Assembly (NCBI GenBank): GCA_013298375.1 | Contig: JAAFHM010000003.1 | Location: forward strand, 1 to 38,313 | Direction of reading: 5' to 3' | Source: Ignavibacteria bacterium | Lineage (GTDB): Bacteria > Bacteroidota > Ignavibacteria > Kapaibacteriales > UBA4661 | Length of the DNA stretch: 38,313 nt | In this document: one piece after another, positions 6,407-14,669 of the stretch | Numbering within the stretch: position 1 is the first letter of the stretch | How the letters are laid out: every line of letters begins with the position of its first letter | Notes under the pieces: model-generated | What the model was told of the DNA's origin: nothing | What the model saw: the letters and a program-made list of their open reading frames with translations, nothing else | Databases searched by the model: none | Position numbers and translations under genes: made by a program

Positions 6407-6719
6407 TTACGAGTTCGTCCAAGCCGTTAATGAGGTCGCGGAGTTCCGTCGTTTTCTCCCGAATATCGGCGCTGATGGCTGTTGCATGGGCAAGCACTTC
6501 GATTGCATCAATATTCGCGTTCATGTCGTCGATGATGCCTTTGCTGTCTTGGATTGTCCGAATAATCGTCATAGACTGGTCGTTATAGAGCGCTTCGATA
6601 GCAGATATGCGCGTTTTGTGACGTTTTGCCGTGATGATTAAAACAGCGACTGTTCCCACGATAGTCAAGGCAATAAGCGCGATAAGAATTGTTGTAGGCG
6701 TGATAAGAACTGTTTCCAT
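6348..6719 (-). CDS. single-TM protein with cytoplasmic helical/coiled-coil region
   Basis: ILIALIALTIVGTVAVLII then KRHK and heptad-like helices. Confidence 0.65.
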   Translation of the reverse strand: METVLITPTTILIALIALTIVGTVAVLIITAKRHKTRISAIEALYNDQSMTIIRTIQDSKGIIDDMNANIDAIEVLAHATAISADIREKTTELRDLINGLDELVIMQNIQAGLRSRERFHVEE

Positions 6720-7423
6720 AGCGTTTTCCAAGGTAAATATTCTAAAAAAGCAAGAAAGATGCAGGTATTTTTTATCAAATGTGAAGCGCTGTGCGCATAG
6801 CGTGTATCCGATTCAGGTAACAAAAGTTGATATGCAAAGATAAGCAGCCCTAAGAAATTATAGCAAAATAATCCGATAAAAATTTTCCCCGATGCCGATA
6901 GCCAGATCTGGCGGAAGGTTTCGCGGAAAAGGATAGCGACGGAATAATTATCACTCTCCCTGAGTTCTTTGGAAACATTCTGCATTTGCGAATTAAGCAC
7001 AAACGCAATGCACCAGTTCATCGTAATGTCGGACAAAATAATAAGCGGCTCGTCACCAAGCGCCATTGCGGGCTTAGAAGCGTGAAAGCCAAGCCACGCC
7101 GCGAAAAATGCTGGCATGAGAAGACTCATAGTGTTTCGCAAACGAGCGCTATTCGTCACTGACGAAACGAATTGCGCTTCAAGCAAGAACTCAATGACAG
7201 TGTAGAGGTGCTGAAGTGGTTGATAAGCGAAGCTCTGGTGTTGCTCTGTCAAGTATGCCGATCCCTCTTGGTACGCGAAATTACACGCTAGGTCCGTGAG
7301 TAGGCTGCACCAAACAAGCGTTACAATGGCTTTAACAGGTGCGGGAATTTTCTCCCCCACCTGCCAGCCGAGTAAGCAAACCAAAAAACTCAGTAATTCG
7401 ACAACAAAAAATCGTAGTGACAT
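6665..7423 (-). CDS. multi-pass (about 7 TM) membrane protein
   Basis: 252 aa with about seven hydrophobic segments; includes HLYTVIEFLL. Confidence 0.75.
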   Translation of the reverse strand: MSLRFFVVELLSFLVCLLGWQVGEKIPAPVKAIVTLVWCSLLTDLACNFAYQEGSAYLTEQHQSFAYQPLQHLYTVIEFLLEAQFVSSVTNSARLRNTMSLLMPAFFAAWLGFHASKPAMALGDEPLIILSDITMNWCIAFVLNSQMQNVSKELRESDNYSVAILFRETFRQIWLSASGKIFIGLFCYNFLGLLIFAYQLLLPESDTRYAHSASHLIKNTCIFLAFLEYLPWKTLWKQFLSRLQQFLSRLLP

Positions 7424-7430
7424 ATTTTAG

Positions 7431-8072
7431 TTATTGAGCTAATTCGCCTTTATTGGTGTCGAGTGGTGGGCAGCAATTTCGGTCAGCAATATACTCGCTT
7501 GACTCTACGCCTTGCGCGGTAATACCCGAAAGCACAGACGTAATGCGCCCTCCGTCGGTCGCAAAGTAAAAACGAAGATTGGTAGCGTTGTTCTGCGTGA
7601 TGACGGCTTGCACCGCATCCTTGTGAATACTGGAAGCATAGACGGAACCGTATTTGCTGAACATCGGCGACGCTGCATAGTTCCGAATCCATTTCCGCGC
7701 TGTTGCCTCGCTGATGGTCGAACCGTCGGCTTCGGTGATACGGCTTGTCAAAATATCGTGGTTATCGGCGGTCTTGGCGACAAGCAAGAGATGAAGCCGT
7801 CCTGCGTCGTCCAAAGCAAAATATTCGCGTAGATACACCGCTTTCGGTACGGACAAAATCGCCCTCACCGTGCGGGCTGGCAGCGTTCCGGCAATCATCG
7901 AAATAGCCGGAACAGCGCTTACGGACTGGAATTGCGCGGTAAACGTCTTTGCATCAGAAAGCTGGATGCGGTGATAGTCAACAGGATTGTAGCCCGTTGG
8001 TTCGAGGTTTTGCGCGGTGGCAAAAGCGGAGCAAGCAAGGATTAATGCTGCTCCAAAGAGGAATTTTCGCAT
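7431..8072 (-). CDS. secreted tandem-domain protein ending in DRNCCPP
   Basis: Signal peptide MRKFLFGAALILACSAFATA; two internal repeats sharing A..LR.YFA.D. Confidence 0.8.
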   Translation of the reverse strand: MRKFLFGAALILACSAFATAQNLEPTGYNPVDYHRIQLSDAKTFTAQFQSVSAVPAISMIAGTLPARTVRAILSVPKAVYLREYFALDDAGRLHLLLVAKTADNHDILTSRITEADGSTISEATARKWIRNYAASPMFSKYGSVYASSIHKDAVQAVITQNNATNLRFYFATDGGRITSVLSGITAQGVESSEYIADRNCCPPLDTNKGELAQ

Positions 8073-8374
8073 ATCGTAGTAAATGAGTGAGAAAAAATAT
8101 TGCGCTCAATAAGTGTATTGAGATTGCGCGTGAAATTTTCGGATGATTGTTGCTCGTAGAGCGCTTGCAAGGCGCGTCCGCGCTTGGAGTAGGTAAACTT
8201 TCTCCCCTCGCCCGTGACCAGATAGCCGGGCGAACAACCAGCGTTGTAAAGGGCTTGTAGCTGCACATCGGAAAGAGCCGTTTTGTTCTCTGAAGAAATG
8301 CGAGGCACAATACGAGAAAAACCTTGAACGTAAGCGCTGACAGACCGGAGCGCTTGAGAAAGAGTGAGAGGCAT
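8042..8374 (-). CDS. degenerate HTH-like protein related to 5762..6406
   Basis: GCSPGYLVTGEG.......GRAL matches GFSADWLLSGEG.......GRAL; likely start MPLTL at 8374. Confidence 0.6.
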   Translation of the reverse strand: MPLTLSQALRSVSAYVQGFSRIVPRISSENKTALSDVQLQALYNAGCSPGYLVTGEGRKFTYSKRGRALQALYEQQSSENFTRNLNTLIERNIFSHSFTTICENSSLEQH

Positions 8375-8454
8375 AGAATTAAAGAGAAAGAGAAAGAGAG
8401 ATTGTGAATAATAGCAAGCAAAATAGCACAAACTTCACATACGATGCAAAAGCG

Positions 8455-8521
8455 ATGACCCGAATTGCGTTCTAATGACCGAGACCCAAAACTAATGACC
8501 CGAATTGCATTCTAATGACCG
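8455..8521. repeat. four (CTA)ATGACC direct repeats at exact 20-bp period
   Basis: ATGACC at 8455, 8475, 8495 and 8515; ATGACCCGAATTGCRTTCTAATGACCG occurs twice 40 bp apart. Confidence 0.85.
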
Positions 8522-8844
8522 GGAGCTATTGCATATGTCGAATTTTTTTTGTATGGCACTTTTTTGACCAAAAATATCCTTTACTTTTACAAAAGATTAT
8601 GAGAACATTCTTTTTCGTTGCTGTCTTAGAAGCAATAAATCGCATGATAGAGCGGATTAAAAATGCCTGATAAAAGATTTGTATAGTAATTCTTCTTTGC
8701 GTATATTTAGCTTGGGTTTTTATACGCAAAATTCTTTTCTCGTGAGAAGCGATGCAGTTGTTTTTTTTACAAACCACGAACAGGTATCTGTGTCTCGTAA
8801 AAAGACGGGCAAAACCTCTTCCAAAACCGCATAAACGCTTGTGT

Positions 8845-9486
8845 ATGAAAACCTACGTTGCATATTACCGCGTTTCCACGAAGCAACAAGGCGCAAGCGG
8901 CTTGGGGCTTCAAGCGCAACGCGCTTCGGTGGCGCAGTTCGTTGGCAACGATGTATTGCTTGCGGAATATACCGAAGTCGAGTCCGGCAAGCACAACAAG
9001 CGTCCGCAGCTTTTGGCGGCGTTAGATTTTGCTAAACGACACGGCGCAACGCTGGTTATAGCAAAACTGGATAGACTAAGCCGCAACGCTGGATTTATTT
9101 TCGCTTTGCGTGACGCACAAGTAAACTTTGTGTGCGCCGATATGCCGGATGCAAATACGCTCACCATTGGTATCTTTGCTGTTTTGGCTCAATACGAGCG
9201 GGAATTGATTTCGCAGCGCATTGTTTCCGCTTTGGCAGCGAAGAAAGCGCAGGGGTTCAGGCTTGGCAATCCGAAAAATCTTACGCACAACGACCGCGTA
9301 AAAGGCGCTGCGGTGCGGAAAGAGCAATCGAAAGAAGGGAGTAAACAAGCCGCACAGGTCGCAAAGTTGTTGCGAGAAAAAGGACTGACGCTGCGTGAAA
9401 TTGCTGATGAACTGCATAGGACGGGCTTTCGCACAGCAAAAGGCAAGGAATTTCGACCGACCAGCGTCCTGCGTCTGGTAAAATAG
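8845..9486 (+). CDS. small serine recombinase (resolvase/invertase family)
   Basis: YVAYYRVST..Q..SGLGL..Q; LVIAKLDRLSR; ERELISQR; C-terminal HTH. Confidence 0.92.
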   Translation: MKTYVAYYRVSTKQQGASGLGLQAQRASVAQFVGNDVLLAEYTEVESGKHNKRPQLLAALDFAKRHGATLVIAKLDRLSRNAGFIFALRDAQVNFVCADMPDANTLTIGIFAVLAQYERELISQRIVSALAAKKAQGFRLGNPKNLTHNDRVKGAAVRKEQSKEGSKQAAQVAKLLREKGLTLREIADELHRTGFRTAKGKEFRPTSVLRLVK

Positions 9487-9617
9487 CCCGCCCGCCGCAG
9501 CCATTCTTCTTTTTCGATGCTGTCCTTTCCCGTTTTCCGTGATAACGCTCTTTCCTTAGATGATTTTCGTATGCGGGCAACTCGCGCTGCGAAAGCCTAA
9601 AACACGAGTTTAGCGCA

Positions 9618-9657
9618 TTTTAAGAGTTTTTAAAGTTTTAAGAGTTTTAAGAGTTTT
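9618..9657. repeat. AT-rich 9-mer repeats, putative origin unwinding element
   Basis: TTTTAAGAG three times plus a variant, next to the iterons. Confidence 0.7.
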
Positions 9658-9702
9658 CCTTTTAGGAAGTTCTTAAAATATCAACGAATTACAGTCGCTA
9701 TC

Positions 9703-9824
9703 GTGGACGTTTTGTTCGTGAAAGTGGACGTTTTGTTCGTGAAAGTGGACGTTTTGTTCGTGAAAGTGGACGTTTTGTTCGTGAAAGTGGACGTTTTGTT
9801 CGTGAAAGTGGACGTTTTGTTCGT
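9703..9824. repeat. iterons of a plasmid replication origin
   Basis: GTGGACGTTTTGTTCGTGAAA, 5 perfect 21-bp copies plus a 17-bp copy, immediately upstream of the initiator gene. Confidence 0.9.
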
Positions 9825-9850
9825 ATTCAATTTCAATATTCATTTTATGT

Positions 9851-10789
9851 ATGGAAGAGCAGCATGACATCATATTGCACGGCAAAGGCTTAGAGGCTAT
9901 TGAGCTAAGAGACCGACTGGAAAGTATCGTTGCAGACCCCGATTCTTTCCGAAAGCGATTCGTTTTGAAGCCCTCGGTTACTATTGCAATCAGCGGAGAA
10001 CTAAGCGCCCCGGCGCGTAAACTTTTTGGCGTACTTTATGGACACGCATTTGATTTTATCGAACAAAAGGCGCACACAATAGCCCTGCCCGCTCTTGATA
10101 TAGCGATGGGCGGTACAATACCGACTTACGAGCGCTTGAAACAACACTTGCTGGAGCTTGTCGAGACTTCCGTGCAATGGAATATCTTGGAAAAAGACAA
10201 ACGCATTTGGGGCGCGGCGGCATTGCTTGCAAGTGTCGAAGTGAACGAGGAAACTAGCCTTGTTACGTATTCTATTGCTGAAAAATTACAGCACCCCGAC
10301 AGCGTAATGCCCTACGCGAAACTAGACATTCGCCTACAAAACCGCTTACAATCGGCTAATTCCTTGACGTTGTATGAACTATTAACCGACTATTATTCAG
10401 AAAAATTCGGGAAAGGTGAGACGGGATGGATTGACCTGCACCTTTTTCAACTACTACTGGGAACTAAATACAAAGAATGGCGAGATATTCAAAAGAGGCT
10501 TATCCAAGAACCGCTCCAACGTCTGAATGACCTTGATTTTACTATTACGTATGAAACCAAGCGGCGTGGACGGAAAGTAACCGCCGTAAAATTCACGATG
10601 AGACGGAAGGAGAAAGAAGCACCGCCACAACCGAAAAAGCCGCGCACGATACAGGAAGCGGTAAGGAGCTTAACCAAAAAACAAATTCACGATATAAATA
10701 TGGAAGCGATAAAGCGCTTGGAAGCAAGCCCCAGCGAAGAAGATGTAAAAATGAAATTTTTTGAAATCGTTAAAGAAAGGTATCTGTGA
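9851..10789 (+). CDS. plasmid replication initiator (Rep_3/RepB winged-helix type)
   Basis: LS..ARKLF..L; L.S..S..LYELL; YETKRRGRKVTAVKF; adjacent iterons. Confidence 0.85.
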   Translation: MEEQHDIILHGKGLEAIELRDRLESIVADPDSFRKRFVLKPSVTIAISGELSAPARKLFGVLYGHAFDFIEQKAHTIALPALDIAMGGTIPTYERLKQHLLELVETSVQWNILEKDKRIWGAAALLASVEVNEETSLVTYSIAEKLQHPDSVMPYAKLDIRLQNRLQSANSLTLYELLTDYYSEKFGKGETGWIDLHLFQLLLGTKYKEWRDIQKRLIQEPLQRLNDLDFTITYETKRRGRKVTAVKFTMRRKEKEAPPQPKKPRTIQEAVRSLTKKQIHDINMEAIKRLEASPSEEDVKMKFFEIVKERYL

Positions 10790-11535
10790 CCAAAATCATC
10801 GCCTTCATCAACCACAAAGGCGGCGTAGGCAAAACAACCATTTGCGCCCATCTTGCCTATTCCCTGCACCACCACCACCAAAAGCGCGTTTTGGCAATAG
10901 ACTTCGACACGCAAGCGAACCTTACGGAAATTTTGGGTGCGCTGGAAGCACCGCGCACTATCTCCAACGTTCTGTCAGGAGCAGAAACCGCGCAAAGCAG
11001 TATCTATGAGGCTTCGGGGCTTTCGGTCTTGACAGCAACGATAGACCTTGCGAACATCGAGTTTGACCTCACCGCAAATAACACACAGAACGCGCTTAAA
11101 AAGGCGCTTGCGGGCGTAACCGATGCTTACGATTACGTCTTGATTGACTGCCCGCCTTCGCTCGGCGCGTTGACACTGAACGCACTCATGGCGGCAACAG
11201 ATGTTTGCGTCGTTTCAAATGCGGAGTATCTTTCATTGCAAGGCATGAAAAATATTGTCACCGTCGTTCAGCAAACGCAACTGTATAACAAAGAACTTGC
11301 TCTTTCAAGCATTATCGTTTCGCACTACGACACACGCAAAGGCATCAACAGAGAAGTCTTGGGCAAGTTACAGGAGGCATTTACAGACCGCGTTCTTGTT
11401 CCACCAGTACGCAGCGCTGTTGCTATTGTCGAAGCATCTTCACACGGCGCAACCGTGTTCCAAGTACGCCCCAACGCCGATGTTGTCAATGATTTTCACG
11501 CTCTTACCACCTCTTTCCTTGAAAAATATGACTAA
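10786..11535 (+). CDS. parA: ParA/Soj partition ATPase
   Basis: KGGVGKTT deviant Walker A; IDFDTQANLT; YDYVLIDCPPSLG. Confidence 0.95.
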   Translation: MTKIIAFINHKGGVGKTTICAHLAYSLHHHHQKRVLAIDFDTQANLTEILGALEAPRTISNVLSGAETAQSSIYEASGLSVLTATIDLANIEFDLTANNTQNALKKALAGVTDAYDYVLIDCPPSLGALTLNALMAATDVCVVSNAEYLSLQGMKNIVTVVQQTQLYNKELALSSIIVSHYDTRKGINREVLGKLQEAFTDRVLVPPVRSAVAIVEASSHGATVFQVRPNADVVNDFHALTTSFLEKYD

Positions 11536-12358
11536 AAGCAGACTTGGCAATAACCCGCTCAAAGCCTTAAACGGTACAGGAGAACGTATTGATGTTCATG
11601 GTCGCAAGATGTCGCGGTCGGTACAGTACGTGCAAACCAACCTCTTGAAACCAAATGCGCTCAATGCGCGGTTTTTCAAAGAATTGACTATTGACGAGTT
11701 AAGCAATCTCGTTGAAAACATCAAGACCAACGGGATTCATACGCCGCTCATTGCACGGCATGACTACACGCTTATTGCCGGACACAACCGCTTGCAAGCC
11801 GCAAAAGAACTGGAATTGCAGCACGTTCCCGTCCAGTTCGTGGAAGATGAAATGACCGAACAGGAGGAAATCAAGTTTATCATCTCCGACAACCTGTTGC
11901 GGAGGCATTTGAGCAATAGCGAAAAAATTGAATTGTACCGTGTGCTGTTCCCAAACTTTGACGAGCGCGTAAAGATGCGCCTCAATACTAACGCCGAACC
12001 AAGTGTGGACAGTGTCCACACCCAAGATTTTACGCCACTTACAGCGTTTGAAATTGCACAGCAAACAGGGCAGACAAAACAGGCTGTACAAAAACAGTTG
12101 CAGCGAGACGAGGCACGTTCACGCCGCGAAAGTGAGCAGAATCACCGTACACAACAGGAAGTTGCAGTAACCAGCGCTGCAAAGAGTCAAGAAATGATGC
12201 GAGCGAGAGAGCGGGAGGCGGACAGGGCGCTCAAAAGTGCGGTCACGGAGATAGCATTGCAATTACAGCGAACTGATGTAAGCGAGGAATGGCGGCGTAC
12301 AGCGATGCAAAGAACGTTGCGGGATTTGGAGAAAACACGAAAGGCGCTGCCCGCGTGA
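11528..12358 (+). CDS. parB: ParB-family partition protein
   Basis: Start MTKSRLG at 11528; LKPNALN.R; NIKTNGIHTPL; IAGHNRLQAA; SDNLLRRHL. Confidence 0.85.
   Translation: MTKSRLGNNPLKALNGTGERIDVHGRKMSRSVQYVQTNLLKPNALNARFFKELTIDELSNLVENIKTNGIHTPLIARHDYTLIAGHNRLQAAKELELQHVPVQFVEDEMTEQEEIKFIISDNLLRRHLSNSEKIELYRVLFPNFDERVKMRLNTNAEPSVDSVHTQDFTPLTAFEIAQQTGQTKQAVQKQLQRDEARSRRESEQNHRTQQEVAVTSAAKSQEMMRAREREADRALKSAVTEIALQLQRTDVSEEWRRTAMQRTLRDLEKTRKALPA
12003..12021. promoter_or_regulatory. perfect palindrome inside parB, candidate parS
   Basis: GTGTGGACA G TGTCCACAC. Confidence 0.45.
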
Positions 12359-12534
12359 AGGTTGGCGAAGTTGCTTTTGAAGCATTTCTTTTGATATGCA
12401 AGATAATTCGCGTAAATTGAGTGCAGTATAAGCCTACCCTGCTTGAATGCCGACCCTCTGTCGTTGAAGGGTACCCTTCTTAGTGCAACGGCGGGCTTAT
12501 TTTTTTTTATTTAGCTTCAGTTTCAAAAAAAAAA

Positions 12535-12671
12535 TCACTTTTTTGCATAATTCTCTTGCATACGTGAAATATTTCGCGTATATTTGTAGTGTAATTAAAA
12601 ACAAGCGCGGGCAAACTACCAAATTCACACCGCGCTTGAAATTCCAAAAAATCTTTTCGGAGAACAAATAT
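12535..12671 (+). promoter_or_regulatory. promoter/operator/leader unit, copy 1
   Basis: TTG-N20-TATATTTG with palindrome TACGTGAAATATTTCGCGTA; 72 bp nearly identical to 14286..14357; leader hairpin CAAGCGCGG/CCGCGCTTG. Confidence 0.8.
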
Positions 12672-13028
12672 ATGAAAACGCAACTTAAAAAGCATTTTGT
12701 GATTCCCATTATTGCAGAAGGTTTCCCCTGTCCAGCAGTAATGATTAGCGGGCATCTTTATTGGCTCGAAGGCGAAGCGAACTGCGGCATTCACGAGTTG
12801 GTTTCTGGTTATGCACCAATTTTCAAACTAAAGCGTGAATTTTTGAACGATGATGGTTATGAACAAATTCCGTTAAAATTGGCAATAGAGTTTATCGAAA
12901 ACAAAGGAGGGGTTTGGGTAAAAGAAAATTTTGACACATCAAGCGTTGATGATTTAAGAGAAATTAAAGAACAACTTCCTCTGCGCTGGGTAGAACTGTT
13001 TAACGATTATCTTTCAAACTTGGATTAA
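12672..13028 (+). CDS. hypothetical protein
   Basis: Start MKTQLKK after the leader unit. Confidence 0.65.
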   Translation: MKTQLKKHFVIPIIAEGFPCPAVMISGHLYWLEGEANCGIHELVSGYAPIFKLKREFLNDDGYEQIPLKLAIEFIENKGGVWVKENFDTSSVDDLREIKEQLPLRWVELFNDYLSNLD

Positions 13029-13064
13029 ATAATCGCAAAAATTGAATCGTAAACAAGAGCAACA

Positions 13065-13091
13065 TCTCTGTCGTGCAATGCACGACAGAGA
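13065..13091. repeat. perfect 13-bp inverted repeat
   Basis: TCTCTGTCGTGCA A TGCACGACAGAGA. Confidence 0.8.
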
Positions 13092-13120
13092 CTTTCTAAA
13101 AAAATCACAAATAAAAAGCT

Positions 13121-13486
13121 ATGAAAAAAAACGCAACACAACGCTACTTTCTCATTCAAGAGAAAATTTTTTCGGCAAGCAAATTCGAGCTAGAAATGAA
13201 TGAAAATATCAAAGGTTCAAACCCTGTTGTGATTGAATTGCACACAGAAGAGGATTTTTACAATCATCATCAAAAAATTGGTCATTATTTTCTCTTGCAA
13301 ACAGGACTTAACGTTGAAGGCGAAGCGCACAGAGGGCAACATTATTCAACATTTTCGTATGGACAGCGTAAAATTATTGATGAAGTGATGTATAAGAACG
13401 CAAGCAATTTCAAGGAAGAGCGCGATTGGCGAGAATACGTGAGCGCAGAAATATTGCACGAGGCACTAGAAGGAGAAAGGGCTTGA
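13121..13486 (+). CDS. hypothetical protein
   Basis: 121 aa AT-rich ORF with ATG start. Confidence 0.65.
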   Translation: MKKNATQRYFLIQEKIFSASKFELEMNENIKGSNPVVIELHTEEDFYNHHQKIGHYFLLQTGLNVEGEAHRGQHYSTFSYGQRKIIDEVMYKNASNFKEERDWREYVSAEILHEALEGERA

Positions 13487-13612
13487 AAATCATGAAACTC
13501 TCACGCAAAGAACTCGAAGAGCAATCGCTTTGCAACGCATTCCGCGAAGCAAAGGCGCGGCGAGGACAAATAAAATAACACGCAAATTTTCACGACATAA
13601 AATAGACGCATT

Positions 13613-13993
13613 ATGAATTTAAGCAATGTGAACTTAGAAAATCTGAGAGGAGTTTTTTCCTTCTCTCAGGAAGAAAATATTGTATGGGGGCAATATATGA
13701 TGTATTTCGAGCAATTTATGCTTGATTTAGGGCTTCCTGTTGATGTAGAAATTCAAACGGGTTCTGACCAAGTGCGATTTTTTGTAAAGCCCAGAACAAG
13801 CGAAAGATTAGAGGAGGTCCGGGAGTTTTTAGACTATTATTTGCAAGCACCTCAAACAAAAGACTTTTCAAAAGCATTTTCCTTTGAGCGTGATGACATA
13901 GCCGTAACACAATGGAAAAACAACGTTCAGCATTTATTGATGCAATTAGATCTGTTAAAAAGCATCGAACAACTCCGCAATGAATCTAGATAA
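13613..13993 (+). CDS. hypothetical protein
   Basis: 126 aa ORF with ATG start. Confidence 0.65.
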   Translation: MNLSNVNLENLRGVFSFSQEENIVWGQYMMYFEQFMLDLGLPVDVEIQTGSDQVRFFVKPRTSERLEEVREFLDYYLQAPQTKDFSKAFSFERDDIAVTQWKNNVQHLLMQLDLLKSIEQLRNESR

Positions 13994-14010
13994 AAAAGTA
14001 AAAAAAAAAT

Positions 14011-14262
14011 ATGGACAGATACACAGCAAAACAAGTCTGCGAGGCGCTCAAAATCTCCCGAACCAGGCTTTCCGAATACACAAACGGTAAAGAGTCAAAA
14101 CGTAAAGGGCGAGTTGAGTGGTCAACACCTGCGATACTAAGCGAAGGCGTAGATTTTGAACACGTCATAGAAAGAGGTCGGTCAAAGGCGTACTATTTCC
14201 CCAGCGCGATAGAGAAGATACGCACCAAGCGCGGGGAAGGGAAACCGCCAGAAGACGCATAA
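14011..14262 (+). CDS. small HTH DNA-binding protein (excisionase/MerR-like)
   Basis: YTAKQVCEALKISRTRLSEY. Confidence 0.7.
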   Translation: MDRYTAKQVCEALKISRTRLSEYTNGKESKRKGRVEWSTPAILSEGVDFEHVIERGRSKAYYFPSAIEKIRTKRGEGKPPEDA

Positions 14263-14285
14263 AACCTCAATTTGAAAAAATATTT

Positions 14286-14421
14286 TCACTTTTTTGCATA
14301 ATTCTCTTGCATACGCGAAATATTTCACGTATATTTGTAGTGTAATTAAAAACAAGCCCTGCACAACCTACTAAAATCACGCAGGACTTGACTTCCAAAA
14401 ACTACTTTTCGGAGACGCAAT
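14286..14421 (+). promoter_or_regulatory. promoter/operator/leader unit, copy 2
   Basis: As copy 1; palindrome TACGCGAAATATTTCACGTA; leader hairpin CAAG.CCTGC/GCAGG.CTTG. Confidence 0.8.
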
Positions 14422-14658
14422 ATGCAAAACCAAACAAACGCTTCCAATGATGAATTGCTTTTCCAAGCAATGCGTATTCAGGAAGTCGCTACGAAGGCAG
14501 AATTTGCAGCGACAACACTCAACAATTTTTTACATACACCGTACAATTTGGTATTTAAGAATCAAGACGATGTAAACATCTTGAAACAAGCGCAGCAAAT
14601 TCTCGCAAAAATCAACAGCCGCGATGCTTTTGAAAAATTGGCAGAACAAATGATATAA
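14422..14658 (+). CDS. small helical protein, paralog A
   Basis: LLFQAMRIQEVATKAE, similar to 14742..14975. Confidence 0.75.
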   Translation: MQNQTNASNDELLFQAMRIQEVATKAEFAATTLNNFLHTPYNLVFKNQDDVNILKQAQQILAKINSRDAFEKLAEQMI

Positions 14659-14669
14659 ACCAAACAAAC

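Noticed and set aside
8845-9486. Serine recombinase as prophage integrase or tail-fibre invertase
   Set aside because: Only 213 aa, without the large-serine-integrase domains; no invertible segment with flanking inverted repeats was seen; a dimer-resolution role fits its position
9703-9824. Possible CRISPR array
   Set aside because: The repeats are contiguous with no spacers and no cas genes; position before an initiator gene fits iterons
9673-9885. 70-aa ORF with HEQNVHF repeats
   Set aside because: It is just the translation of the 21-bp iterons on the minus strand
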